Shown: positions 1 through 11,409, numbered from the stretch's first letter. The stretch is DNA of 64,000 nt from Candidatus Marinacidobacterales bacterium (GCA_965224085.1 CBDCYI010000005.1:640001-704000); one strand, 5' to 3'. Made by a program: numbers and translations. Notes: generated from the sequence alone by a model not told the origin.

Positions 1-1458
1 AGACTCAACGGCTCCCCGCCGGCGAGGAGCACGCGCCGTCCGGCAATCGCCGGAATCCAGGGGGCGTAGCTCGCGCCCGCCACGAAGACGGCGTCGGGCT
101 CGGTCTTCTCACGGATCGCGTCCGACATAGATAGAAGGTTCCCCGAGAGCGGCGCGACGCTTGCCACGTAAGTCGGATCCATGCGAACGGGCATCCACCA
201 GTAGGGAAAACACCAGGGGAGGGAAAGAAGAAAGAAGGCCGATAGCCCGACCCGCGCCGCGGAGTGCCGGCGCAAGCTCCGAGGTACGAAGCCCCACTCT
301 TCTGGAAGCTCCGGATAAAGCGAGCCCGCGTGCGCCAGCCCTCGATAGAGTCCATAGGCCGCCGTCACCGAGAGTAGCATACGCACCGACGCGCTGAGCG
401 TGCGGAGACCTAGCGTTTGCGCCATGGCGGGAGAACAAGACGCGAGCGTCCATAGAGCGAGGACGACGAGAGTACACGTTCCGAGAAGAGTTTCTCGAGG
501 CCGGCCGGAGCGCAACAAAAGCCCGACGCCGATGACGGCAAGCAGAAAAACGAGCCCTAGATCCACGGTGACCGATAAGATGCGGCTGACCGCGTCGTAC
601 CAGCTTCCAAAAGTTACGGGCAAATCGATCCGGGGAGGCGCAGCGCGAAAAGGAAAGAAAAGGACAAGACCCGAGGCCAGTACGAGAACCTGGCGCCATC
701 CTTTCGCCTATCAGCCAGGGCAAAGCACCGGCCGCGAGAAGCAGAGCGAGACGAGGATCCATCCATCCCACGAAAGCAAAGGAGACAACGGCCGCGATCG
801 ACGCGGCAAGAGAGTTGTCGGCAAGCCATCGCAAAAACAGGCAGAGGGCGGCCAGAGCGATACCCAGTTGAGGCGTGCTCCAGAAGGACTCCGACCAGAA
901 TGTCGACTCCGGTTCGTGGAAGCTCAGACGATGCGAGCTCAGAAACAGGACGAAAAAAGTGGCGAGGCCCGGCAGCGTGCCTCGTTGTAGCTGCTCGCGC
1001 TCGCCGAGAACGTCCGAGAAGAAGGCGACGGCGCACCCGAGACAAAGCAGAGAGAGCCAAGGCACGAAACGGTACAGCCTCCACAAACGCTCTCCATCGA
1101 ATCCAGACATGGCAGCCAGAATCAATCCCCACAACGGCTGGGGATTCGCCTCTCCCACCACACGCCCGTCGCCGGTGACACCACGCGTCGCCGTGACCAT
1201 GACGTGACCCAGGTCTTCGAGACCGCGTCCTTCTTCGATGACACCGTATGGCCGTCCGAGCGGCCGTTCAAAGCCCACGAAGGCGACGGACGCCAGGACG
1301 AGCGTACCCGGCAGAATCCAGGCCGGGCGCGGCCAACGGAAGGACCCCGCGGCAAAGACGATGAGCAGGAGGAAGAAGAGATACTTGAAGTAGACGAAGT
1401 AAGTACCGAGAGACGTCGATGGACCTCCCGGCCACAACTCGATGATCTCACCCAGCAC
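1..1458 (-). pseudogene. Multi-TM membrane protein (putative GT-C type), frameshifted near 700-710, runs off the left edge
   Basis: Hydrophobic to ...PWLIG. Another frame continues GWRQVLVLASGLVLFF...FPYWWMPVRMDPTY...EKTEPDAVFVAG to the edge. Resembles 26591-28007. Confidence 0.65.
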
Positions 1459-1698
1459 AGCTCAAGTAGATATCACATCAACCGCCACGTCCCGTGCTAT
1501 TTTCCGCTTACCGCGCAGAGAAGGAAAATCTGTGTTGGTGGTGAGAGCTCGGCTGAGGCAGTACACCCTCGAGCTTTTGGTGGCATCGAGCTCCGCAAGC
1601 AGGTGCGGGCGATGAAACACCCGCGCCAGTGATGAGTAACACGTTCACTGCATCAAGCCGGCCCGAGCCGGGGAGATTGTCTCGCACTTTGCCGTGGT

Positions 1699-2688
1699 TC
1701 ACTGTCGCGATGTCGTCCGCCGGCCGTCAGAAATATTGTTGCCAACGGAGCCGCGACTTTCGTACACCTCGTCGACGATGTACATAGGCCTCTGCTTTAT
1801 CTCGTTGAAAATTCGTCCTATGTACTCTCCCATGATCCCCAAGCAGATTAGTTGCACCCCTCCTAGAAACAGCACTCCCACCATGATGGTGGCCCAGCCT
1901 TGAACGGTATACCCCAAGATCTTTTGGACAAAAACACTGATTGCATAGAGGAAAGCTAGCAGGGACGCGAAGTATCCCAGCCACGTCGCGAACTGTAGCG
2001 GTATCGTAGAAAACGAAGTCACACCATCCATGGCGAAATTGATCATCTTCTGATATGGGTATTTCGTCTCCCCCGCGTAACGCTTATCCCGCGAATATCG
2101 AACACCAATTTGTTGGAAGCCGACCCAGCTAACCAGACCTCTCACGAACCGGCCCCGTTCCTTCATGTGATTCAGCTGCCGCACAACACGTTTGCTCATC
2201 AACCTGAAATCGCCAGCATCCAACGGGATATCGATCTGAGCTAGAGGTTTGAGGGCACGATAGAAAAGGTTGGCCGTCACAAGTTTCAACCAACCCTCTC
2301 CTTGCCTCTTTTCACGAACACCGTAGACCACATCATAGCCGCTTCTCCATTTTTCGACGAATGTCCTGATAACCTCGGGAGGGTCCTGAAGGTCCGCGTC
2401 GATCACAACGACCGCGTCACCTCGCGCTTCGTCGATCCCGGCAGTGATGGCTATCTGATGTCCAAAGTTTCTGGAGAGCTTAATGATCCGGACGCGTGAA
2501 TCCGAATCCGTGATCGCCTTCAATTGTTGACACGAGTCGTCGCTACTCCCATCGTCTACGCAAATCACTTCGTACGACATAGATTCCAGCGAATCGACGA
2601 CCTTTTTCAATCGCTCGAAGAAGGCGGGAAGCACTTCCGCTTCGTTGAATACTGGCACGACAACGGATAACAACTGATTCTCGGACAT
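1699..2688 (-). CDS. GT2 polyprenyl-phosphate glycosyltransferase (GtrB/ArnC-like)
   Basis: SVVVPVFNE, VDDGSSD, SRNFGHQ, IDADLQDPPE, DAGDFRLM; two C-terminal TM helices. Confidence 0.93.
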   Translation of the reverse strand: MSENQLLSVVVPVFNEAEVLPAFFERLKKVVDSLESMSYEVICVDDGSSDDSCQQLKAITDSDSRVRIIKLSRNFGHQIAITAGIDEARGDAVVVIDADLQDPPEVIRTFVEKWRSGYDVVYGVREKRQGEGWLKLVTANLFYRALKPLAQIDIPLDAGDFRLMSKRVVRQLNHMKERGRFVRGLVSWVGFQQIGVRYSRDKRYAGETKYPYQKMINFAMDGVTSFSTIPLQFATWLGYFASLLAFLYAISVFVQKILGYTVQGWATIMVGVLFLGGVQLICLGIMGEYIGRIFNEIKQRPMYIVDEVYESRGSVGNNISDGRRTTSRQ

Positions 2689-2719
2689 GGCTATCACCCC
2701 GCGCTGAGCCAAACAGGAG

Positions 2720-2947
2720 CTACGACTCCGGGCTCAGCGTCAATGAGCGGACCGCAGTGACCAGAAGGCGTGGCGGGACGGAGAAGGCGGCGTCGCTCCA
2801 ACCCGACACGAGCTCGCACCCGCCCACGTCGGTTCCGTTGTCGGCCAGATCCATCGCGGCCGGTCGGTTCTCGAGCTCGGACCGAGCGTGGAAAAGCGCC
2901 TTCGAGTCGTCCGGTCGCACCACCGGAACGCGTAGGGCTGGGTTCAT
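2720..2947 (-). pseudogene. Orphan, internally deleted copy of the C-terminal beta-domain of the GT-C paralogs
   Basis: LRVPVV..FHARSELENRP..NGTDVG..GWSDAAFSVP..VRSLTLSPES aligns with the C-terminus of 14366-15649. Confidence 0.7.
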
Positions 2948-2949
2948 CG

Positions 2950-5136
2950 CTAATCTTGCCGCTCCATCTTTAGATATTCCACAGCCATGACGGTATTCCT
3001 GCCTTGGTGCTGTGGATCGTCTTGCCACGGTACCCTGGAATACGTGAAAAGAAAACTGTTCACCCCGGATCTCAATGAGCGAGCGGGAACCCGGAAGTGG
3101 TAATCCCTGAAACCTTCGGCTAGGCGCGCTCTGCCGACCGGCGTCCCATTCACGCTGAGCTCGAACGTCACCGGCCTCGTGAACCACTCCAGTCTGGTGC
3201 GGACGATGGCGCGAAATTCCCCGGGCACGCGGATTGGCACTCGCAACCAGGACCGCCGACCGCGAGAGCGGCGAAAGCTCATTCCTCCTTCGGATTCCGG
3301 CTGAGACCACCCGGGCCCCACCAGATCGCTCCCTGGTGCTCTGCCCAAGTCGAGCCTTCCGAAAAGAGACGACGAACTGTCGTCGAGCCAGATATCCTTC
3401 CGCCGCCAGATGACATCGTGGTCGAAGGGCTCGTAGTTTTTCTCGACGAACTCGGCGACGTCCGAAGAGAACAGCCTCAAGTTTCGATCCAGGAAAACGA
3501 GTTTGGGCGTAGCTCTTCCCGATCTCAGATCGGCGAGAAGCCCGACCCGCTGTTGTCGGGTAACCACGGGGAACTCCTCCTGCAGAAGCCAGTAAAAATG
3601 GGCGTGGGGACGAAACACGCCCCACCCGGTGAAACCATCCATGACCGGATCGGTTGGTTTGGTGTTCTCCATGACAAAAGCGATCTGCTGGAGCGTCTCC
3701 TTGTATTTCGTGTTGAGGGGACTCAACGCTCTGAACATTCGATTCAACGGACCGACACTCAAAGCGGCCAGGCAAATCACGAGTACCCAGTCACGCTTTC
3801 GCGCCAGGAAGAAAGGAAGGCTGGCCACCACTGCGCTCACCCAAAGCCAGATATAGGAGGGCTCGATGAGGACGGGCGGTCCTACCCACCGTATCAAGAG
3901 CCATAGGCCAGCACCGGTCGAAAACGTCAGTGTTATTCCGAGCCGCGCCCAACCATGCCCCCGCTCCCCTCGTCCGAGAGCAGCCACGAAGAATTCCACA
4001 AGTTGGACGAGAGAGGTTGCGGCGAACAATGCGAGCAGGGGTAGGAACATCACGTAATATTGATGGTAGGGAAGTGGCGTCAAGAACAGTCCCACGAACA
4101 GGGACATCGCGGACAAAACCAGGACATAGTCCGCCCGTCGCAAGTTCACACTCCCGAACATCTCAAAGAAGCCTCGCGCGAACCCGATCAGTCCCAGGAC
4201 GACGATGAAGGGGCTCTCTCGCAGGAGGAATTTGAGCAGAGGCAGTGGTGACATGTCAGTCGTCGCGCCATAGGTCAGGTTCAGCAACAGATTGAACCAG
4301 ATGAACTCCCGTAAGGCACCACGAGAAGCGAAGTAGCCCATCGTCAGGGCGAGGGGCACGGCAAAACCTATCGATTGCCAGATGACATCTCTCAGCCTGT
4401 GTCCGAAATTTCTCTGTCCGCGGGGATCACAAACGTACCAGAGCATTGCCAATGCAAAGCCTGGCCCCATCAGCAATATCTTCGGATGGAACATGAGTGC
4501 CGCGCCAAGGAACGCTCCGGACAATGCAAACCGACTGCGTACACCAAGCCCGGATCCCTCGGAGCGAATCGCGCCGATAACAGTAATCAGGCATGCCAAG
4601 AAAAAGGGTAGTGCGGGAACGTCCGGCCGGATTTCGATGGTCTTGTCCAGGAATACCGTCGTAAGGCTGAGAAAAACCGTTCCCACCCAAGCGACCGGAG
4701 CATTTCTCCAGAGTATTCCGAGACGAAAGGTCAATACGAGGCTTATGCCCGCCGCAAGCCACATCAAGTACCTGGCGCCAAAGAAAAAGGAGAAGGCGTC
4801 CGAGATGTTGGTCTCGACGCTGAAGAAGGAGAAAAGAGGTGCGACGAGGAAATAAAACCATGGGGTATGGTTTTCGAAGAAGTCCCGGTATATCAACATG
4901 CCCTTTGACACAGACCAGGCGCAGTGCAAGTGCGACAGCTCGTCGGGATCGATTGGGGAGACGCGCAAGAGCGGCAGGCGCAGGCCGAAGAGAAATAATG
5001 TCATGGCGAGCGCCACGATCAACAACGGCAAGCCTGTTTCGACGCCAATCGAGTCCGCGAATCTCGGGAATCGCCTTTTCATGCTCTCAAGGACTGCTCC
5101 AGGTGCCAGGAGGGATCTACCATGCGGGCGATACAT
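2950..5136 (-). CDS. ArnT/PMT-like (GT-C) membrane glycosyltransferase with C-terminal periplasmic beta-domain (start may be 5082)
   Basis: DPDE acidic loop, IYRDFFENHTP, EIRPDVP, many TM segments. Confidence 0.8.
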   Translation of the reverse strand: MYRPHGRSLLAPGAVLESMKRRFPRFADSIGVETGLPLLIVALAMTLFLFGLRLPLLRVSPIDPDELSHLHCAWSVSKGMLIYRDFFENHTPWFYFLVAPLFSFFSVETNISDAFSFFFGARYLMWLAAGISLVLTFRLGILWRNAPVAWVGTVFLSLTTVFLDKTIEIRPDVPALPFFLACLITVIGAIRSEGSGLGVRSRFALSGAFLGAALMFHPKILLMGPGFALAMLWYVCDPRGQRNFGHRLRDVIWQSIGFAVPLALTMGYFASRGALREFIWFNLLLNLTYGATTDMSPLPLLKFLLRESPFIVVLGLIGFARGFFEMFGSVNLRRADYVLVLSAMSLFVGLFLTPLPYHQYYVMFLPLLALFAATSLVQLVEFFVAALGRGERGHGWARLGITLTFSTGAGLWLLIRWVGPPVLIEPSYIWLWVSAVVASLPFFLARKRDWVLVICLAALSVGPLNRMFRALSPLNTKYKETLQQIAFVMENTKPTDPVMDGFTGWGVFRPHAHFYWLLQEEFPVVTRQQRVGLLADLRSGRATPKLVFLDRNLRLFSSDVAEFVEKNYEPFDHDVIWRRKDIWLDDSSSSLFGRLDLGRAPGSDLVGPGWSQPESEGGMSFRRSRGRRSWLRVPIRVPGEFRAIVRTRLEWFTRPVTFELSVNGTPVGRARLAEGFRDYHFRVPARSLRSGVNSFLFTYSRVPWQDDPQHQGRNTVMAVEYLKMERQD

Positions 5137-7801
5137 GAAAGGCTTCGAAATTTACGACTAGGGAATAGATTGTTGCGCCGTTCCATATCAGGATGCCTGA
5201 AAACAAGATGCCGACGAGGCCGAGTCGACCCTTTCCCATCGTCGCCCACTGGACCGGGGCGAGATGCAAAGGAAGCATGAGAGGCATCAGGTGCTTGGTC
5301 ATTCTCCAGTCCACCATACTGAAGACGACGGCAGTCAGCGCCGACCATGCCAGCCAAAGGCCGAGCGATGACCGGGTCGTCTGTCGTTTGAGATCATCGC
5401 GAGTGCCCAGCATCAGAGCCAGAGCTCCCAAGGGCAGCAAAGCATACCCGGTGTGCCGCCAAAATTCGATCCATAGTTGTAGCGGGTTGGGGTACCCTTG
5501 GTATCCGAGAGGATTATGATGCGTGAGCCGGTCGGCCAGGTGGGTTCGCACGTGATCCACCCAGAACCCTTCGAAGTCTACGGCCAGGCCATACGCCCAG
5601 AACGCTGCGGAGCCAAAGGCGAAACCGAGGATCACCGGATGCAGTGGAATCCTCAAAAGATTCCTCCCGTTCCAGGGCTTCGGCATCCCCCAGAGCTCGA
5701 GCCATAGCTTGAGAAAGATGATGGAGATCGGTAGCAGGACCAATTTGTGATTGGCCAAGGCGGCCAAGAACGCCGTCAGGAAGCAAGTCGCGAACGAATA
5801 CGCATCGCGGCGGCTTGACCATCTCTCTATGGCCAACAAGATCAACAGCAGACAGAAGTTCGAGACCGCGAAGTATCCCCCGTAGCTCGACCGAACGAAG
5901 ACCTCGGGGCTCGTTGCGTAGGAAAGGCCGACAAGGATGGCAAACCATACCGGCGCGATCCTATGAACCCAAACCCCGAGGAGCGCCACCGTAAGTGCGG
6001 CCATGAAGACGTTTGGTGATCGCGTAGTGAGTCTGTGCGGACTGCTAGCGTAGTGCCCATAAATCATTCTCTGTTCGAGAGCTTCGACCGAGATGCGGCG
6101 GCTTCCGTTCTCGAACGGTGGGTCGACGACGTAGTTTGGACCCTCCACCCTGAGGATTCGGCGCTCGCTCGTTCTAGTAGGGTGGGTAAAGGGCTCACCC
6201 CTCGATGCCGCCAATGCCCGCTGCGAGGCGTCGTCGTAGTAGGCCAAGTGGTCGATCTGATTGAAGTAAAGGAATGTTCCGGCCACGTAATAGTGCAGTA
6301 GGAAGGGGTGGGCAAAGTAGTAGAACGTTCCGCGATCCGTCAGCAAGAGCGGTTCCAACCGCGTTAGCAGGCCGTAGCCCGTCCCCTGGACCTCCAGATC
6401 GTGATCCGATTGCGGAGGCACGACTCGGCTGGCGCCGAAGAAGTAGAGGAGGTAGGCGATCAGGAACAAAGTACCGCCAACCGTCCACCTACGCATGTCG
6501 AACGAGAGGGCCCAAGTGGTCGGTCTACCCGAATGCACGCACACGAAGAGGCCGATGTTGGTCACGATCCAAGTTGCATTCCAGGCTCTATCGCTGCTCA
6601 GCGGCCAGCCGGCGAGGTGGAAGAGGGTCACAACAGCGACGAAGATACCGAACGACAAGGCCACGGCCCACGCTAGCCCTAGTCCGGGTTTCCTGCGTCC
6701 GAAGATGGCGCCAGCGAAAGGTATGCCGGGGACGAGGAACAAGACGCCGTTGATCGCGAAGGAGCGCAGGAGTGGAAGCTCGACGAGCGCCCATTCTGGA
6801 TGGAACAGCACGAACGGCAGGTTGAGCATTGCCGCCGACAGAAAGGCCGCGGCGAACACCGAGATCCCGTTGCTTGTAGATTCATCGTCGGGGTATTTTT
6901 CCCAAAGCTTTGGCGAAGTCGGCGGCTGCTCTCTTGGCCCGTCGGGCGCGTGGCGGCGGCGGACAACCCAATATCCACGGGCCCTCGCGCCTACCAGAAC
7001 GAAGAGGGAGATCGTGCAGAGCCACGAGGCAATTCCCAAAAAGATGCGAAAAGCGCTGGTCGAGATTTTTGAGCGCCGGGCGTCGGCTGACAGAAGGCCG
7101 ACCTCATGACTGACGTAGTGATCGAGGGGGAGGAACTCCAAGAAACCGGGTCGATCCCACGCCACCGCCAGCGCGGCTGGTCCGGCTTCTTGCTCGTAGT
7201 AAAGCCTGAAGCGGTGGATTCCGGCCTCCAGAAAGACTTCGGCAGCCGCTGAGCCCGCCTCGTTCAGAACCCTCGCGCTGCCGATTCGGAGCGAACAACG
7301 GTCATTGCATTCGGTAGTGAAACGATGGGTCCCGGATTCCGGCACGATCAGGTAGCCAGAGAATTCCACTCCGACCATTCTTCTTCGTCCGGCGATCCGA
7401 TTTAACTGCTTGCGACTCTCGATTTGCATGGAATCGATCGAACCCGTCCGCTCTTGTGCGGATCCGGTTCGCGGGAGGTGGTAGACGGACACCGCCTTCG
7501 GGGGAGCTTCGCCCCCGTTTTTTTCGAGCCAAATGGACAGGGACCAGGCAAGCACGGTGAGAGCCAAGGTGACACCCAACAGCCGATTCGGGCGTAGCCG
7601 CAAAACAGAAGGGGGGTTGAGAAACAAGGCTATGGCACAGGGAAAAAGTAACCACCACAGGCTGATCTCGGGAACGAGCGCGCCGACTTGGATCTCTTGG
7701 CGGCCCAGAGCTCGAAGACCGGCTACCATCGTGACAAAGCAGAACAACAGAAAACTTGGAAAGATCCCTCCGATCCCCAGTAGCAGGTTCCTGCGCTCCA
7801 T
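5117..7801 (-). CDS. Large multi-TM protein with PA14-like domain, putative GT-C
   Basis: FSGYLIVPESGTHRF..NDRCSL..LEAGIHRFRLYYEQ..W (PA14-like), acidic QSDHDLE loop, many TMs. Confidence 0.7.
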   Translation of the reverse strand: MERRNLLLGIGGIFPSFLLFCFVTMVAGLRALGRQEIQVGALVPEISLWWLLFPCAIALFLNPPSVLRLRPNRLLGVTLALTVLAWSLSIWLEKNGGEAPPKAVSVYHLPRTGSAQERTGSIDSMQIESRKQLNRIAGRRRMVGVEFSGYLIVPESGTHRFTTECNDRCSLRIGSARVLNEAGSAAAEVFLEAGIHRFRLYYEQEAGPAALAVAWDRPGFLEFLPLDHYVSHEVGLLSADARRSKISTSAFRIFLGIASWLCTISLFVLVGARARGYWVVRRRHAPDGPREQPPTSPKLWEKYPDDESTSNGISVFAAAFLSAAMLNLPFVLFHPEWALVELPLLRSFAINGVLFLVPGIPFAGAIFGRRKPGLGLAWAVALSFGIFVAVVTLFHLAGWPLSSDRAWNATWIVTNIGLFVCVHSGRPTTWALSFDMRRWTVGGTLFLIAYLLYFFGASRVVPPQSDHDLEVQGTGYGLLTRLEPLLLTDRGTFYYFAHPFLLHYYVAGTFLYFNQIDHLAYYDDASQRALAASRGEPFTHPTRTSERRILRVEGPNYVVDPPFENGSRRISVEALEQRMIYGHYASSPHRLTTRSPNVFMAALTVALLGVWVHRIAPVWFAILVGLSYATSPEVFVRSSYGGYFAVSNFCLLLILLAIERWSSRRDAYSFATCFLTAFLAALANHKLVLLPISIIFLKLWLELWGMPKPWNGRNLLRIPLHPVILGFAFGSAAFWAYGLAVDFEGFWVDHVRTHLADRLTHHNPLGYQGYPNPLQLWIEFWRHTGYALLPLGALALMLGTRDDLKRQTTRSSLGLWLAWSALTAVVFSMVDWRMTKHLMPLMLPLHLAPVQWATMGKGRLGLVGILFSGILIWNGATIYSLVVNFEAFHVSPAW

Positions 7802-8065
7802 TGGGTGATGTCTTGAGATTCCGTCGAAGAAGAATGGTGTATGGTTCCCCCGACTCAAAATCGTTCCGAAAAGGTCGGAAAAAGAGAACCTTACATCATG
7901 AGGCAAGGTACTACCGAGTCAGCGATTACTCAAGCGGCCGTCTTGCGACGCTCTGAGCTCGGCCGCCCAGCGTGTCGACCGCTTCTACACCGCGGAGAGC
8001 ATCGTGACGCGCATCCCTGTTGGAGTACGCGGCGTTTGGCCCACAGCCTGTGTGAGTGAGAGGCG

Positions 8066-9916
8066 ATGAAAGTAAACAAAAAACGGTTGATGACACTTAG
8101 CTTCTTGCAAATTGCGATTTATTTTCTCCTGATCGAATCCATTTCTGTTCTTCGTTCTACATCTTTTGACTCTGTCGTCATCGACATTTCAGGCGATCTC
8201 TTTTCGAGAACTCTGAACATCCTGGCATTGATAATCGGCATTCCTATCATTTATTTTACGCCTGGCTTTCTCTGGATTACCAAGAAGAAGGACTGCACTC
8301 TGTGGGAGCTGACAATAAAATCTGCGCTTCTCTCCGTCGTTTTTTATACCGTAGCTTTCTCCATCCCGAAGCTCGTCTTTGCAATTGAGTTGTCCAGAAG
8401 TTGGATGCTATTGACGTGCTCGGGTATCACTGTAAGCTGGGCCATCCTGGACAAAAGACAATTCGAGATAAGTTTTTCAAGAGAAGAGATCCGCTCTGCA
8501 TTGATTGGGGGTCTCACGATCATCTTCTTGATTGTCATCTTCCACGGAAAGATCTTCCTCGAAAATTTTACCGGCGACGGGACGGAGGCCTTCGAATTTT
8601 CGCGAAGTCTCAAGACAAAAATACTTCCATACTGGGACCTCGAGAATGGCAGGTGGGGATTTTATCCCCGCTTCATGTTCTTTGCGTACCCTAACATCTT
8701 GTCTATTTTGCATCTCGGTGAAACAGAGGCATCGGTACGCTTGCCATTTTTCATATTTTTGTTTTGCATCCACCTTCTGATGGCAGCTCTCATACAACAC
8801 GAATCTGGTCGCTCAAAGGCCAGTGCCTCGGACAGCCTATTCGTCAGCGGGGCCATCCTGCTTTTTGCGATATTCAACATTTTCTATTCAACGTGGCACC
8901 CGTACTTTGCCGACATTGCAGAGCCAACCCATGTGGACACCATGGTCGTGTTGTACTTTCTGGCCGCTATTCTTTTCTTGTTGAACGAGCAACAAGAATG
9001 GTTGTTGCTTTGTTGTCTTTTTACTTGTCTATCGGTAGCCAATGGTGTCGCCGTGACTTTTTTATTGTTTTCGACGTTCTTCTTGCTGGGGAGAAACAGG
9101 AAACGAATCTTCTATTTCGGATTGAGCTTCACGGTGGTTTATCTCGCCTATCTGGGATTCGTAGCGATTTACGACGCATTGCATCCCTTGGGGTTCCAGC
9201 GGTGGTCGCTTCAAGGAATGCGGGAATATTTCTCGTGGGATGATTTACTTAGTCCGAACAGATATTTTCTTCATCTCAAGTATCTCTTGTTGATGACTGG
9301 CGTGATTCCGGTCTTCTTCTTTCCCTTCATGAGAAAGAGCGATGATCTCGCCATCAAGGTCTATCTTATTTCCGCCTTATATACTTCGGGGATATTCTTG
9401 TTCGATCGCTACAATCCTCATTATTTTACTAGCGTGGCACTGTTGTTTTTCATTCCCTTTTTGAGAACGGTCAATGGGATGGAGAGAAAGAACGCGCAGT
9501 ATGCAAAATTAAGCTACGCCGTCGTGGTCGGCATAATCCTATTGTCGATTTTTCCTTTTCGTTACACTTTGAACCAGACGGCACGCTATTTGGGAAGCCA
9601 AACCTGCATCGAAGCAACCGACTATCAGGCTCAGGTCGGATTGGCCGAAGTTGTCCATCGTGTGTTCCCATTCAGGAGATATGGGGTAGGGCACCACACG
9701 CTGGTTTACTATGCCGCAAACGGGCAGTGTCCGGGGGACGAGCACAACTACATCTTCACGACAAGAGACCCCTCGGAGGCATTCATCTCAATCGACGACA
9801 TTGATGTATTGATGCGGAAAGGGGTGCAAAAGCCAGACCCTCCTCGTAAGAAATATGAAGGCAATTACAGGTACTTACTAAGAGAGATATACCGCAGAAA
9901 TCGAAGAGATGACTAG
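8066..9916 (+). CDS. Multi-TM membrane protein, putative GT-C/polymerase; lower GC
   Basis: 616-aa hydrophobic ORF with acidic loop GDGTEAFE; visibly AT-richer than flanks. Confidence 0.65.
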   Translation: MKVNKKRLMTLSFLQIAIYFLLIESISVLRSTSFDSVVIDISGDLFSRTLNILALIIGIPIIYFTPGFLWITKKKDCTLWELTIKSALLSVVFYTVAFSIPKLVFAIELSRSWMLLTCSGITVSWAILDKRQFEISFSREEIRSALIGGLTIIFLIVIFHGKIFLENFTGDGTEAFEFSRSLKTKILPYWDLENGRWGFYPRFMFFAYPNILSILHLGETEASVRLPFFIFLFCIHLLMAALIQHESGRSKASASDSLFVSGAILLFAIFNIFYSTWHPYFADIAEPTHVDTMVVLYFLAAILFLLNEQQEWLLLCCLFTCLSVANGVAVTFLLFSTFFLLGRNRKRIFYFGLSFTVVYLAYLGFVAIYDALHPLGFQRWSLQGMREYFSWDDLLSPNRYFLHLKYLLLMTGVIPVFFFPFMRKSDDLAIKVYLISALYTSGIFLFDRYNPHYFTSVALLFFIPFLRTVNGMERKNAQYAKLSYAVVVGIILLSIFPFRYTLNQTARYLGSQTCIEATDYQAQVGLAEVVHRVFPFRRYGVGHHTLVYYAANGQCPGDEHNYIFTTRDPSEAFISIDDIDVLMRKGVQKPDPPRKKYEGNYRYLLREIYRRNRRDD

Positions 9917-11239
9917 ATGTCACCGACGAACTTTACTCGTGGTAAACTTTCTCGCGAAGTTTTTCTTACCATGAATCAACCAAGCCAGAGAAGGTGTGGG
10001 ATTCTCGGAACGCTGCTGGCCGTTGTAAGCTCGTACTGCCAATCGCCCAGCCCGAGCTCAGAGCCTAGGCCGACGCCTGCGCCCGAGTTTCTTGTCGAGA
10101 CCGTCCTCGAGGATCTTACCCATCCCGTGAGTCTGAACTTCGCTCCCGACGGGCGTCTCTTGATTCTCGAGCGCGGCCAAAGCGTGGATGGGATGGAAAT
10201 TCCGGCCAAATTGAAAATTTTCAACTCGGCGAACGGGAAGATAGTCGAAGTTTCTGGCGCGCCGGAGGCTTTCCCTCAATTTGATGACGAAAGCATCAAC
10301 CTGGGCGGCGCCGTCGGAATGGAGCTCGATCCCGACTTCGCCCAAAACCACCGCCTCTATATCTGCTACCACAGGCGAGTTGCGCCTAAAGTGTTCGAGA
10401 ACCGCTTGTCCGCCTTTACTTTGGAACCGGGCGGGCTCACGCAGGAACGTGTCATCGTCGATCACGTCCCGGGCGACCCCGCACACAACGGCTGCCGTGT
10501 GGTCGTCGGGCCCGATGACAAACTCTACTACTCGACCGGTGAGGCTGCCTTGAGTAGCAACGCACTCGACCTGAGCTCGCTAGCCGGAAAAATCTTGCGG
10601 GTCAATCGAGACGGGTCGGTGCCTGAGGATAACCCTTATCCCGATTCTCTGGTGTGGAGCTCCGGCCATCGAAACCCGCAGGGTCTGGGATTCCATCCGG
10701 ATACTGGAGACTTGTGGTCGACGGAACACGGTGCTCTCACCAACGACGAGCTGAACCTGATCGAAAAGGGGATGCACTACGGGTGGCCAGCTTGTCGCGG
10801 CGAAGCGAAGCTGGGCGAGCGGTTCTGGGTTCGTCGACCCGACGGGCGAGTGAGGCGAGTGAGGTGCCGCCTAAAGCCAGCTCTTCGCGACAACTATCGA
10901 CCAGCGGTCAAGGCCTACAAGCCCAAGGAGACGCTCGCCATCTCCGACCTGACCTTTTACCGCGGTGACGCTTTTCCGCAATGGAACGGCAACCTCTTCT
11001 TCGTTACGTTGAAAACGGGCCAGCTCGTCCGCGTGGCGCTCGACGGACATTCGGTGAAGCAAGAGCAGAGGCTCATCACCGGTGAAGGGGAGGCCTTCTA
11101 TGGCCGCCTTCGAGACGTAACCGTCGGGCCCGATGGATTCATCTACGTCGTGAGCAATGCCGACGCGTGGAGGAGGGGTCACCAGACCGGCCTTCTCCTC
11201 CGTGTTCGCCCACCCAAGAGCATCGATGCGGGAACCTGA
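9917..11239 (+). CDS. PQQ-dependent sugar dehydrogenase (GSDH/YliI family)
   Basis: HNGCRVVVGPDDKLYYSTGE, SLAGKILR, GHRNPQG, EHG..DELN, GRLRDV. Confidence 0.9.
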   Translation: MSPTNFTRGKLSREVFLTMNQPSQRRCGILGTLLAVVSSYCQSPSPSSEPRPTPAPEFLVETVLEDLTHPVSLNFAPDGRLLILERGQSVDGMEIPAKLKIFNSANGKIVEVSGAPEAFPQFDDESINLGGAVGMELDPDFAQNHRLYICYHRRVAPKVFENRLSAFTLEPGGLTQERVIVDHVPGDPAHNGCRVVVGPDDKLYYSTGEAALSSNALDLSSLAGKILRVNRDGSVPEDNPYPDSLVWSSGHRNPQGLGFHPDTGDLWSTEHGALTNDELNLIEKGMHYGWPACRGEAKLGERFWVRRPDGRVRRVRCRLKPALRDNYRPAVKAYKPKETLAISDLTFYRGDAFPQWNGNLFFVTLKTGQLVRVALDGHSVKQEQRLITGEGEAFYGRLRDVTVGPDGFIYVVSNADAWRRGHQTGLLLRVRPPKSIDAGT

Positions 11240-11409
11240 CTCTTGCGGCGGACAGGAGGCTCGCAGGCGGGCCGCTCCGCTCGCGAAGCCGCCAAACCAA
11301 ACCGGCCGGGTCAAGAGAACTCGAGCAGCGTAACTGGTCATTACAAGTAGAGCCTGAGCTCGTGGCGGCCGTCGACAAGCCACGCTTCGAACGCGTGGCG
11401 CCCTAGAAT

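Noticed and set aside
2720-3775. 351-aa overlapping ORF
   Set aside because: Mostly an alternate frame of 2950-5136; only the last 75 codons are meaningful.
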